Assembly (NCBI GenBank): GCA_003152105.1
Contig: PLZJ01000002.1
Span: forward strand, 108,257-172,256
Source of the DNA: Candidatus Levyibacteriota bacterium
Lineage (GTDB): Bacteria > Patescibacteriota > Microgenomatia > Levybacterales > UBA12049
Reading direction: 5' to 3'
DNA: 64,000 nt
Shown here: positions 1 through 8,952 of the stretch, piece after piece
How the letters are laid out: every line of letters starts with the position of its first letter
How positions within the stretch are numbered: position 1 is the first letter of the stretch
The notes under the pieces: model-generated
What the model was told of the DNA's origin: nothing
Database searches by the model: none
What the model saw: the letters and a program-made list of their open reading frames with translations, nothing else
Position numbers and translations under genes: made by a program

Positions 1-135
1 TGCAGCCTCGAGTTGCTTTGTGGTCTGAGTCATAACATTTTGCTTCTGCCATAAATCATAAATTGAATGCGCGAGGTCATTAATTATGAATAAACATATA
101 GCAATTGCTGTGAAATATGCAACTTTTTTAATCAT
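1..135 (-). CDS. hypothetical protein, N-terminal fragment (hydrophobic signal-like N-terminus); runs off window start
   Basis: Reverse strand reads ATG at 133-135 then MIKKVAYFTAIAICLFIINDLAHS... with no stop to the window edge. Absent from the ORF track because it is open-ended. Confidence 0.25.
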   Translation of the reverse strand, partial: MIKKVAYFTAIAICLFIINDLAHSIYDLWQKQNVMTQTTKQLEAA

Positions 136-155
136 AGGCAATTTAAAGCTGCTTG

Positions 156-184
156 TTGACTATTGTACGTAAAATTGATATTAT
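156..184 (+). promoter_or_regulatory. sigma70-like promoter (TTGACT-N17-TATTAT) upstream of recombinase gene
   Basis: ttgact at 156-161, 17-nt spacer, tattat at 179-184; ATG at 200. Confidence 0.4.
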
Positions 185-199
185 AGGCTATCGAATTCT

Positions 200-1060
200 A
201 TGCAACCTATTAAATTGCGCGATGCGCACGAACAATTTAAGAATTATTTAAAAGGCAAGAATCATTCAAGTGCTACTATTGTAGCATACGGTAAAGATAT
301 TGATCAGCTTGTGGGTTATTTACAAGATCTTCAAAAAAACCAAATACATGAAGTTTCAAAAGAAGATATTGAAGGATTTTTGGCTTCAATGAGTAAACAA
401 GGCTATACGCCAAAATCAATCTCAAGAAAAATTAATTCAACTAGAACATTTTATAGATTCCTAAAAGTCAGTGAATATATTACTGACGATCCATCGTTAT
501 TAGTAGCTCACCCACGATATCAACCCGCTACTCCGCGTATTTTAACTCCTACAGAATACAGAGCACTTCGAGATGCAGCAAGAAATGATGCTCGAATGTT
601 TGCGATAATTGAATTACTATTACAAACTGGAATTCGCATTGGCGAACTTGCTGAACTCCGCATCCCTGATATCAAAAAAGATTCGCTTTATATTCGTCCA
701 TATGAAAAGCATCAAGCTCGAGAAGTTCCCCTTAATAAATCCGCCAAATCAGCACTAGATAGATATCTTTCTCAGAGACCAGAGGTCACTGAAGATCGTG
801 TTTTTGTTACTAAATCAGGAAGGCCATTTTTAATTCGCAACATACGAACTGCAGTTGAAAGATATTTCCGTCTTGCAGAAATAAAAGGTGCAAAAGTTAA
901 CGACTTACGACACACTTTTGTGGCACATCATTTAAAACATGGCGTATCATTAGTAGTACTTTCTAAAGTTCTTGGACACAAAAGATTATCTACAACAGAA
1001 AGATATCTTCAGTATGTTCCAGAACGTGGTAAAGAAACCTCTGTTCTTACGGAACTTTAA
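200..1060 (+). CDS. tyrosine site-specific recombinase, XerC/XerD/phage-integrase family
   Basis: Core-binding N domain plus C-terminal catalytic signature R...HxxR...Y (LRHTFVAHHLKHG...GHKRLSTTERYLQY). Confidence 0.85.
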   Translation: MQPIKLRDAHEQFKNYLKGKNHSSATIVAYGKDIDQLVGYLQDLQKNQIHEVSKEDIEGFLASMSKQGYTPKSISRKINSTRTFYRFLKVSEYITDDPSLLVAHPRYQPATPRILTPTEYRALRDAARNDARMFAIIELLLQTGIRIGELAELRIPDIKKDSLYIRPYEKHQAREVPLNKSAKSALDRYLSQRPEVTEDRVFVTKSGRPFLIRNIRTAVERYFRLAEIKGAKVNDLRHTFVAHHLKHGVSLVVLSKVLGHKRLSTTERYLQYVPERGKETSVLTEL

Positions 1061-1109
1061 TTTATCCCCTTATAGCAGTATTTTTTCTATGCACTTGGTA
1101 ACGATTGGG

Positions 1110-1182
1110 GTGGGTCAGGATGGGATCGAACCATCGACATCTACTTTATAAGAGTAGCGCTCTACCACTGAGCTACTGACCC
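1110..1182 (-). tRNA. tRNA-Ile (anticodon UAU)
   Basis: Reverse complement folds as canonical cloverleaf GGGTCAG-TA-GCTC AGTGGTA GAGC-G-CTACT CTTATAA AGTAG-ATGTC-GATGG TTCGATC CCATC-CTGACCC-A. Anticodon loop is CTTATAA; 3' CCA is not encoded. Confidence 0.65.
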
Positions 1183-1263
1183 GAGGACACTATCATACCA
1201 AATACTTCTTATTTTTCCAACTTAATGAATTCATTGCGATACTTAGTAGAATAATAAATATAA

Positions 1264-3654
1264 TCAAAGCCTTGCTCTTTGAGAAATCTCTGCTTCAACT
1301 AGCTGTACGTCTTTTGCGTACTTTAGAGAAGATAATTCCTTGACCAGCTCTGCTACACGAGGATTCTTCGCAGCATTTTCTACTGTCATATCTTTTCTAA
1401 GATCTAGAGAGAAAGGACTAACAGGTTCGCCATCGACAATTGTTTTAATATATGCGTTATATTTATCTACATTAATTAAATCAACCTCATTAAAAATAGG
1501 TTGAAATTCATGCTGCAAATAATTCGCGTCAGTTACTCCAACTCGAAACGAAACAAGAGAACCTACATTACCAAAAATTGCATTCTTTACCTCTTCTTCC
1601 ATTTGGCCAATAAATTGATTTGCCACTATTAAATTTAAACGATATTTACGAGCTTCAGATAAAATTGCTGCAAAGTCGGGAGTTGCAAAGTTTTGAAATT
1701 CATCTACATACAGAAAAAAATCTTTACGTTGATCCATTGGAATATTTTGCCTAGACATTGCAGCGATTAAAATTTTTGGTACTAATATCAAGCCTAAAAA
1801 ACTTGAGTTTTCTTCACCAATAATACCTTTTGATAACGATATTAACATTATTTTCCCTTCGTCCATTATTTTTCTGAAATCAAAGGATGATTGCGATTGC
1901 CCAATAATATTTCTCATAAGCTTATTAGTTGTAAATCTTGAAAATTTAGAAACAATATAATCGAGTACTTCTGATTTATGGAAATCTGAAGTTTGTGCTA
2001 TTTGATCAGTCCAATATCGTCGTATTATAGGGTCAGTAACTTTTGGTAATAATTCTTGCACAAAGCTCATATCGGTTAATGCACGTTGCACCTCAATGAA
2101 TGTAGAGCCAGGTTCTGCCATAACCGTTAACATTGCATTACGTATTGAATGTTCTAATCGAGGTCCCACAATACCAGTCTTATGTGGATCATAGAGTTTA
2201 TAAAATAAACCTATAATTGACGATACTACGTAATGCTTCTGCTCTTCAGAATAGGCTTCCATAATATTTAAGCCCATTGGTCTTGAAGTATTTGCAGGAT
2301 CAAATAAGATAACATCTTCTGCTCGCTCAGGAGGCATCATTGATAATATATCTTCGATTAAATCTCCGTGAGGATCAATAACAGCCATGCCTTCGCCATT
2401 CTTAACATCCTGCATTATCATATCTTTCAAAAATTCTGTTTTACCCGTACCTGTTTTACCAATAATATACATATGCCTTCTTCTATCGTCTTCGCTTATA
2501 AATACTTTCTTCTCTAATCCTCTGTACGTACTCTTTCCAAGAAATAACCCTGAATCTGGAATTTTTGCTGGTGCAGGAGCTCGCTTTGACGTAACCCAAA
2601 AAATATTTGGCGTAGTTACTGATTTGTTTGGAAGATGAAATATGGTTGCTAATTCTTCACTAGAAAGTATTGGTATTCTCCCACGAAGAGGTAAATATCT
2701 ATAAATAAAATCAGTTAAAAATGGCTTTTTGAAAATCAGTCTTTCTTTCGTAAATGAATTTACGCTATCAAACTGAGAAAAAGCACTTCGCATGTTGCTC
2801 AGATGAGATTCAGCCATTTCCTGAGATGTTGATGATACAACCATACGTATAGTTGTGTGAAATCCTGATTTACTTATTTTATTTTCTACTGCCTCGAGTT
2901 CTTTAGCATCTGAGGAGTATTTCGCAGTGTCGGGATTGGATTCATTCTTCTTTGTTTTAGCAATATATGATCTCCCATGTTTTTTCCAAGAAGTAGATGC
3001 AGGAGAAATTATTATTTGTATAGCCGCACCTTCCCCTTCTGTCATTTTGGCCAGAACTGAAGTTATTGATGATAATGGATCTACAGCAAGATCCTTATAC
3101 GCTTTAATTGGCATATAATCAGTACTTGTGAGTTTTAAAGAACAGAAAGCTACCTTTCCTTTATCAGAAAATATATTGTATTCACCTCCAATGAATTTTT
3201 GCGTTTGTGGATCATCTCCTACTGGGGTAATTTCAGCATCAGGATAAGCACCGTTAATTTGCTTTTCAACTAAGTCACGGAGGTTATTTGGAGTATATAC
3301 ATAAAACCTAATATCTCCAGGGAATCCGACAATTTCAAATGAAATATGAGGCTGATTTACCAAAAAAGATAGTTTTAAAAATCTTTTTAAAGAATATCTC
3401 TTTAAGCGTTTAATGGCAGCAAGAGACGCAAACAGTTGCTCTGCGGCGTCTATTTTTATTTCGTTTTCTCGAGGTAAGGCTATTTGTAAAAGCGTTGAAT
3501 TTAACGCATCTTGCTCTCTACCTCTATTTTTTCTCCAGATATAAAAGACGTAACCACCCAAATATAAAATCCCACAAAGTACTACTACAGCCAATAATTC
3601 GACCAAAATAATATTTAGTGAACCCAACGAAAATCCCGAAGTTATGTCAATCAT
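1264..3654 (-). CDS. type IV secretion coupling-protein-like ATPase (VirD4/TraG/TraD family), N-terminal TM anchor
   Basis: N-terminal TM helix. Walker A IIGKTGTGKT; Walker B LYVDEFQNF followed by a TraG/TraD C-terminal-like region. Confidence 0.6.
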   Translation of the reverse strand: MIDITSGFSLGSLNIILVELLAVVVLCGILYLGGYVFYIWRKNRGREQDALNSTLLQIALPRENEIKIDAAEQLFASLAAIKRLKRYSLKRFLKLSFLVNQPHISFEIVGFPGDIRFYVYTPNNLRDLVEKQINGAYPDAEITPVGDDPQTQKFIGGEYNIFSDKGKVAFCSLKLTSTDYMPIKAYKDLAVDPLSSITSVLAKMTEGEGAAIQIIISPASTSWKKHGRSYIAKTKKNESNPDTAKYSSDAKELEAVENKISKSGFHTTIRMVVSSTSQEMAESHLSNMRSAFSQFDSVNSFTKERLIFKKPFLTDFIYRYLPLRGRIPILSSEELATIFHLPNKSVTTPNIFWVTSKRAPAPAKIPDSGLFLGKSTYRGLEKKVFISEDDRRRHMYIIGKTGTGKTEFLKDMIMQDVKNGEGMAVIDPHGDLIEDILSMMPPERAEDVILFDPANTSRPMGLNIMEAYSEEQKHYVVSSIIGLFYKLYDPHKTGIVGPRLEHSIRNAMLTVMAEPGSTFIEVQRALTDMSFVQELLPKVTDPIIRRYWTDQIAQTSDFHKSEVLDYIVSKFSRFTTNKLMRNIIGQSQSSFDFRKIMDEGKIMLISLSKGIIGEENSSFLGLILVPKILIAAMSRQNIPMDQRKDFFLYVDEFQNFATPDFAAILSEARKYRLNLIVANQFIGQMEEEVKNAIFGNVGSLVSFRVGVTDANYLQHEFQPIFNEVDLINVDKYNAYIKTIVDGEPVSPFSLDLRKDMTVENAAKNPRVAELVKELSSLKYAKDVQLVEAEISQRARL

Positions 3655-4078
3655 AATTAGTTAGCTCCTTTCTATTTCTTTTTTTAATTAATTTTATGAG
3701 TATTGAAGCAATCCAAAATATTGAATCAGATGTATTATTGTCGTGTATAGCTTGAGTTGCCTGTGCTGATGTTAAGGGAAGTGTAATTTCTTGGGCAGGT
3801 TCTTGTCCAGCTGGAATTGCCTCACCCTGCAATGCAACGCCGCTATGTCGTACCACTTGAGGAAGAGTTGGAGGCTTATTTACTTCAACGCCTGCCTCTT
3901 TTACTTCTTGAGGCAACCGAGGCTCAACTTCGCTTGGATGCACATACTCTACTTTTGTTTCCTCAGTTCGAATAGGAGCATGCTCCTTATGTCCTCCACT
4001 TATTGGCTGTTGAGGGATTTGTGGCTGTATAGTTTGAGCATTTTGATCATTTATAGGTTTTTTATTCTGATCGTCCAT
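3647..4078 (-). CDS. Pro/Gln-rich small protein with C-terminal hydrophobic anchor, hypothetical
   Basis: ORF of 143 aa whose stop overlaps the start of the coupling-ATPase gene by 8 nt (operonic). C-terminus IFWIASILIKLIKKRNRK. Confidence 0.4.
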   Translation of the reverse strand: MDDQNKKPINDQNAQTIQPQIPQQPISGGHKEHAPIRTEETKVEYVHPSEVEPRLPQEVKEAGVEVNKPPTLPQVVRHSGVALQGEAIPAGQEPAQEITLPLTSAQATQAIHDNNTSDSIFWIASILIKLIKKRNRKELTNYD

Positions 4079-4156
4079 AGTGTAATCATACCAAATACAC
4101 CTGCCTCACACAATGAAAATTAGCTTACATAAACCTAACAAAATAAGTTTTGTGTT

Positions 4157-4330
4157 TCACAAAGCATCTTGTATATTAGAACTTTTGTTTGGTATCCAAC
4201 CACATATCGGACAACTCGAAAGTAATCCTTTTTGTATTTTATTTACATCTTCTTGATTAGCAATCCAATTACAACGAGCACATTTAATTTCGTAACATAT
4301 GTCACATTTTTTTTGAGTTATTTGATTCAT
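4157..4330 (-). CDS. small zinc-ribbon protein (57 aa, two CxxC pairs)
   Basis: ATG at 4328-4330 overlaps the upstream gene's TAA stop (TAATG). Translation MNQITQKKCDICYEIKCARCNWIANQEDVNKIQKGLLSSCPICGWIPNKSSNIQDAL; below the ORF-track size cutoff. Confidence 0.45.
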   Translation of the reverse strand: MNQITQKKCDICYEIKCARCNWIANQEDVNKIQKGLLSSCPICGWIPNKSSNIQDAL

Positions 4331-5571
4331 TATGTTTTACCGCAAGCAATATTTGTTTTACCGCAATGCTGACATTCCTTAACATAACCTCCAAGTGGTC
4401 GCTCATTTTCCTTATTGCAATCGGGGCATTTTGGATACAACGTTCCTTTACCATCTGGGCCTTCTTCGGTTAACAATGAGAATGATGCACTAAGCATAGT
4501 AATTCTTTGTTGTAGTGATCCAGGATTTGCAAGCATAGTTCGAACTGCAATAGAAAACATAGCAATAGGATTATTTGCTACATCTTCACCTGATAATCCA
4601 CAGGTCGTAGCAACATTTTTTATTTCATGATCATAACTACTATATCTTGCAAAAACCGATTTATCTTTATCTGCTTTTTCCGAAGTTGAATATCTCCATT
4701 CATCCTTTGTGTTGAAATCTGCACCACTGGATAAATCATATAAACTTCTTTGTGCAAAATTATATAATATCCTCAGTTCTGATTTAAAATCTTCCTCATT
4801 TTCCCCTTGCATAATTCTAGTACTTATTGTGTCTATCATTTCTGTTAGATCTTTATGTGCACTATGCCAGATCGTTTCTCCGTGCAGCATAAAATCCTGC
4901 ATCACCATGGGTGCATAGAGAGGAAAGTTTCTTAATCTTTTTTGATAAACTCTTTCAAGTTGTTTATATATGTGCTCAAAACTATTAGCATCAGAACTAC
5001 CATTTGGATTAAGTAATATTGATTCTTCAGTTGCATCAACTACATTGCTTCCTGAAATACCATTTAAAAAGTCAGCTTGCTCTTCCTTGCTAAACTCATT
5101 TATGTACGACAACGCTTTTATTGTTCGTTCTCCAGGCCTCTCAGATGGCGTAATATGATAAAAGTACATTAGGTTATATCCTGGATATCCAGGGATTTCT
5201 TTATCTGGAGCAGGTGAACAAAGCACTACCGTTGAGTACAAAGGCAAGCTTTTCAATTGCTCTTTAACTAAAGAGTATCCTCTATTTTCAAGCGTATAAC
5301 GCTGTGCTATCGTATCACCATATTGTTCTTTTGCTTTTCCCACAGAAAGTGCATATGAGTTATCAAGATCACCACGATGCTCAAATCCATTTGCAGTTAC
5401 TGAGCCATTTGCTAAATGGTGTAATTCAAATGAATTCCATGATCTTTCTCGTTCAGTAAGAGCAGCTCGTAGTTGAGCACGAAGTGAAGGCAATACATTT
5501 TCCGCATTTTTTATACGTTCTTGCTCATCGTTAAAATTAAATGCGCTCCTTGTTTCTAATGTATTATTCAT
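4330..5571 (-). CDS. hypothetical soluble protein (413 aa) with C-terminal zinc ribbon (CPDC...CQHC)
   Basis: Long ORF with no family recognised by eye. Last gene of the nrdR-nrdJ-pduO minus-strand run; SD sequestered in an upstream hairpin. Confidence 0.6.
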   Translation of the reverse strand: MNNTLETRSAFNFNDEQERIKNAENVLPSLRAQLRAALTERERSWNSFELHHLANGSVTANGFEHRGDLDNSYALSVGKAKEQYGDTIAQRYTLENRGYSLVKEQLKSLPLYSTVVLCSPAPDKEIPGYPGYNLMYFYHITPSERPGERTIKALSYINEFSKEEQADFLNGISGSNVVDATEESILLNPNGSSDANSFEHIYKQLERVYQKRLRNFPLYAPMVMQDFMLHGETIWHSAHKDLTEMIDTISTRIMQGENEEDFKSELRILYNFAQRSLYDLSSGADFNTKDEWRYSTSEKADKDKSVFARYSSYDHEIKNVATTCGLSGEDVANNPIAMFSIAVRTMLANPGSLQQRITMLSASFSLLTEEGPDGKGTLYPKCPDCNKENERPLGGYVKECQHCGKTNIACGKT

Positions 5572-5697
5572 AAAAAAAGCTCCTTTTCCGAGGAGCTATT
5601 ATGCATCTGCTCGGATGTCCGTAAATACGGACCTCGGGGATCGGACTGTAACCGTTACGGCATAGTTGCGAAATCTCATCGCATTCACCCGCGAAAT
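5572..5697 (-). promoter_or_regulatory. structured 5' leader with SD-sequestering hairpin (candidate riboswitch / cis-regulatory RNA)
   Basis: On the minus strand the RNA ends ...AGCUCCUCGGAAAAGGAGCU-UUUUUUU-AUG. The AAGGAG Shine-Dalgarno lies in the 3' half of a 7-bp hairpin (plus-strand coordinates 5578-5597). Upstream CCCCGAGG (plus-strand 5632-5639) can pair with the hairpin's 5' half as an alternative structure. Shares the motif gttacggcatag...attcac with the leader at 6250-6473. Confidence 0.35.
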
Positions 5698-6249
5698 TTA
5701 CTTTACTAATTCTGATTTACTTTGAATCCAATTTGTTTCTTTTTTATTGTTTAGCATATTTGCATATCTTGCCATTGTAAAAAAAACGTCTGAAAGCCTG
5801 TTAAAATACATTAAGAGATTCTCGTCAATCCTATCTGCTTCATATAATGCAACTACTAAGCGCTCTACGCGCCTACAAACTGTACGAATATAATGTAGAT
5901 TAGCCCCACTTCTTCCACCTCCAGGTAATATAAAATTTTGTAAGAGAGGTAGCTTCTTTGTAAGCCTATCTATGTATTGTTCTAAAAATAATAAACGATT
6001 ATCAATTCCCTTTAACGGTTCTGCATTAGGATTTGCAAGTTGAGCGCCTATTGCAAGTAAATCATATTGTATTTTTAGTAATTCCTTTTTCAAAAGACTA
6101 TCTTTAATATCAACTAAAGCAACACCTAAAAGACTATTCAATTCATCAACGCTCCCATACGCATCTACTCGCTTATTTGATTTTGACACTCTCTTTCCAC
6201 CAAATAATGATGTTTTACCCTTATCGCCAGTTTTTGTATATATTTTCAT
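5698..6249 (-). CDS. pduO: PduO-type ATP:cob(I)alamin adenosyltransferase
   Basis: N-terminal TKTGDKGKTSL motif and overall PduO-type architecture (183 aa). Confidence 0.8.
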   Translation of the reverse strand: MKIYTKTGDKGKTSLFGGKRVSKSNKRVDAYGSVDELNSLLGVALVDIKDSLLKKELLKIQYDLLAIGAQLANPNAEPLKGIDNRLLFLEQYIDRLTKKLPLLQNFILPGGGRSGANLHYIRTVCRRVERLVVALYEADRIDENLLMYFNRLSDVFFTMARYANMLNNKKETNWIQSKSELVK

Positions 6250-6473
6250 AGTAATGTTAAAGCGGACTTTTTAAGTTGTTTTTTTCATAAAAAAATCCCT
6301 CTTTGCCCAAGAAGGATTCATTAACAATATCACAATTCCTGCTCGGGAAACGTAAAGGAAGTTTTCTGGCTGTACAGTTACGGCATAGCCACGGAATTGT
6401 GATAATTACATTCACTTCACCGTGATTTCCTTACCCTTTACGACAAATTCAATATAACTTTAGTGTAACTTAG
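6250..6473 (-). promoter_or_regulatory. structured intergenic leader upstream of pduO-type gene containing shared motif and a 5-codon mini-ORF
   Basis: Inverted repeat atcacaattcc / ggaattgtgat encloses tggctgtacagttacggcatagcca. On the minus strand AAGAGGGAUUUUUUU-AUG AAA AAA ACA ACU UAA (MKKTT) precedes the pduO ATG by 24 nt. Confidence 0.3.
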
Positions 6474-8939
6474 CTAGCACTCTGAGTATCCACACCCATA
6501 GCACTTTTTACACCCCTCTTCATACGCTAACGTAGACGATCCGCAATCAGGACAAATATCAAATAATCCCGTTGATGATGCAGCATATAATTCTTCGGTT
6601 TGAGGAAGCATTGCAAGTTGTCCTTTGACTACAACCTCTGTGTTTACAGGTAAAGCATGCCCATTTGCTATTTCTGAACTTACCCCGTTACTTTGAGAAC
6701 TTATAGTTGATTCAGTAACTGTACCAAGGGGTGCTGACATAACTTCTGAAATTATTTCTTTATCTTCAACTTTTCCATTTACCCTAAACTCCATGTGTTT
6801 CGCAAGCACTTTCGCAATCGCATCAGGCAATGAACGCACTCTGTTTTCTCCAAATCCGACACTTCTTGCGCCCCCTATTCCAGATAGCTCTGATACAATC
6901 TCTCTGATACGTTCTCTTTGTGGCACTGGTGAGTGTATTCGAAGAACAAATGATATCATTCTTCCTAATGCATCTGACATTGCCATCAAATCTGAACCTG
7001 ATTTTCCATTATTAATAAACACTTCAAATGGCTGCCCTTTTTCATCATTATTAATATTTACATATGCTTTTCCAGTTGGACTTTCTGTTTTATACGTAGT
7101 TCCATGTAAAACAAGTGGTCGAGAAACACGAGCTGTTGCAGGGATAATAGGCGCAACTACTTCTTCTTTCTTCTCTTCAACTCGTTGCAAAACCCCAAGT
7201 CGTGAACCGTCACGCATATAGGTAATCCCTTTGCATCCCGTATCGTACGCTAACATGTATAATCTTTTTACATCTTCAACTGTATGAGCGTTAGGAGCAT
7301 TTACTGTTTTAGAGATTGAAGCATCAACATATTTTTGTACCGTAGCTTGCATTTTTACATGATCTTCGGGAGTTAAATCATTTGCGGATACAAAATAATC
7401 TGGCCTCTTTTCGGTCGGATGTTTTTCTTTCCATTCACCAAAAAGCTTATGGAATACAACTTGTTTTCCGAGTCTACCATTATGGGTATATTCGAATTCA
7501 TAAACTGGTTCTACTCCTGAAGAGGCTCCTGAAAGCAAACTAGTTGTTCCAGTAGGTGCTGCTTGTAGAATCATGGAATTTCTAATTCCGTTATCTTTAA
7601 TCTTTTCTTTAATTTCTTTTGGAAGTTGCTTTACAAAATATGCTTTCAAATGCTTATCTGGTTCACATTTTGGAAACATCCCCTTTTCTTTGGCAATGTC
7701 AGCTGATGCTTCATAAGCAGCATCTCTTATTGTCTTATATATCCTGTCTACTACTTTTTGAGATTCATCACTGCCATATCTTAGATGCAATTTAATTAAT
7801 GCATCAGCTAAGCCTAATGTTCCAAGTCCTATTCTTCTTTCTCCTTGATGCTGCATTTGTTCTATTTCTTCATAAATATACTGATCCGCATCAACTACAT
7901 TATCTTGAAATCGAACTGCGATTTTTGCATGATCTGCTAATGATTCGAAGTCAAACCATCCTGCCTTATCAGTTTCCGCATCTTTTACAAATGCTGATAA
8001 ATTTAAGGAAGCCAAATTACATACTCCCCAAGCAGGTAATCCCTCTTCTCCACAAGGATTTACACAATTAATCGTATTCCAATACCAATTGTTATACCAT
8101 TTATTGTATCTTTCCATAAATACTAAGCCAGGCTCAGCACTTTTCCATGCAGCTTCACAAATTTTTTGCCAAATATCTCGAGCCTTTACCGTTTTATAAA
8201 CTTTTACTTTTTTACCTAGTTTTTTCCAGTGATCCATGATGCCGTCCCATTTTTCATCATATTCTGGGTCGTCGAGATCAGGAAATACCAAATCCCAATC
8301 AGCATCCATTTTTACTGCTTCCATAAATGTATCTGAAACACAAACAGATAAATTAGCACCATTTATTCTTGATAAATCTTCTTTAACAGTAATAAATTCC
8401 TCTATATCTGGGTGCCAATCCCAAAGCATTAACATCAGCGCACCTCTTCTTGAACCTCCTTGTTGGATAATGTCATGCGTTGCGAGTGAGTACATTTCTG
8501 CCCAATTAATAGGTCCCGAAGAAAATCCATTTACTTTTTTTACTCTAGCTCCCCTTGGTCTTAGTGAAGAAATATTAATTCCTACACCTCCGCCTCTTGC
8601 CATAATTTCAATCATATTAGTGAGATTTGTCATAATCCCATCTCGTGAATCTTTTGGAGAAGGCAACACAAAGCAATTATAGAAAGTAACAGCATATCCA
8701 GTTCCTGCCCCAGCCAATACTCTTCCTCCTGGTACAAACTTGAAATCTTCCATTGCTTTATAAAATTTATCAGCCCATTCTTTTTGTTTTTTTGGGGTTT
8801 TTTCAACACTTGCAATAGCGTCTCCGACGCGTTTCCACATTTCTTCCGGGGTTTTTTCAACAGGATCACCGTTTTTATCTTTTACAGAATATCTATCTAA
8901 AAATACTTTTTCTCTTACACCATCAAGTTTCATAGGCAA
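6474..8939 (-). CDS. nrdJ: adenosylcobalamin-dependent ribonucleotide reductase, class II
   Basis: 821-aa RNR-like ten-stranded barrel protein with C-terminal Cys cluster (CPDCGSS...CKKCYGCGYSEC). Immediately downstream of nrdR and upstream of a cobalamin adenosyltransferase gene. Confidence 0.85.
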   Translation of the reverse strand: MPMKLDGVREKVFLDRYSVKDKNGDPVEKTPEEMWKRVGDAIASVEKTPKKQKEWADKFYKAMEDFKFVPGGRVLAGAGTGYAVTFYNCFVLPSPKDSRDGIMTNLTNMIEIMARGGGVGINISSLRPRGARVKKVNGFSSGPINWAEMYSLATHDIIQQGGSRRGALMLMLWDWHPDIEEFITVKEDLSRINGANLSVCVSDTFMEAVKMDADWDLVFPDLDDPEYDEKWDGIMDHWKKLGKKVKVYKTVKARDIWQKICEAAWKSAEPGLVFMERYNKWYNNWYWNTINCVNPCGEEGLPAWGVCNLASLNLSAFVKDAETDKAGWFDFESLADHAKIAVRFQDNVVDADQYIYEEIEQMQHQGERRIGLGTLGLADALIKLHLRYGSDESQKVVDRIYKTIRDAAYEASADIAKEKGMFPKCEPDKHLKAYFVKQLPKEIKEKIKDNGIRNSMILQAAPTGTTSLLSGASSGVEPVYEFEYTHNGRLGKQVVFHKLFGEWKEKHPTEKRPDYFVSANDLTPEDHVKMQATVQKYVDASISKTVNAPNAHTVEDVKRLYMLAYDTGCKGITYMRDGSRLGVLQRVEEKKEEVVAPIIPATARVSRPLVLHGTTYKTESPTGKAYVNINNDEKGQPFEVFINNGKSGSDLMAMSDALGRMISFVLRIHSPVPQRERIREIVSELSGIGGARSVGFGENRVRSLPDAIAKVLAKHMEFRVNGKVEDKEIISEVMSAPLGTVTESTISSQSNGVSSEIANGHALPVNTEVVVKGQLAMLPQTEELYAASSTGLFDICPDCGSSTLAYEEGCKKCYGCGYSEC

Positions 8940-8952
8940 TTATTATTTATTA

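Noticed and set aside
1-12. tgcag/cctcgag (PstI-like plus XhoI site) at the window start as possible vector or polylinker sequence
   Set aside because: Only 12 nt, it continues directly into a plausible reverse-strand ORF, and no other vector-like sequence follows; most likely coincidental.
2387-3118. Track ORFs 2387-2638(+) and 2927-3118(+)
   Set aside because: Antisense and internal to the well-supported coupling-ATPase gene; low-complexity translations.
5572-6473. Cobalamin or purine/2'-dG riboswitch upstream of pduO / downstream of nrdJ
   Set aside because: No B12 box (GCCACUG-type core) and no purine-riboswitch J1-2/J2-3 consensus could be matched by eye. They are kept as uncharacterised structured leaders instead.
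6793-8869. Track ORFs 6793-7221(+), 7799-8071(+), 8236-8682(+), 8630-8869(-)
   Set aside because: All embedded in or antisense to nrdJ, with no motifs; shadow ORFs typical of AT-rich DNA.
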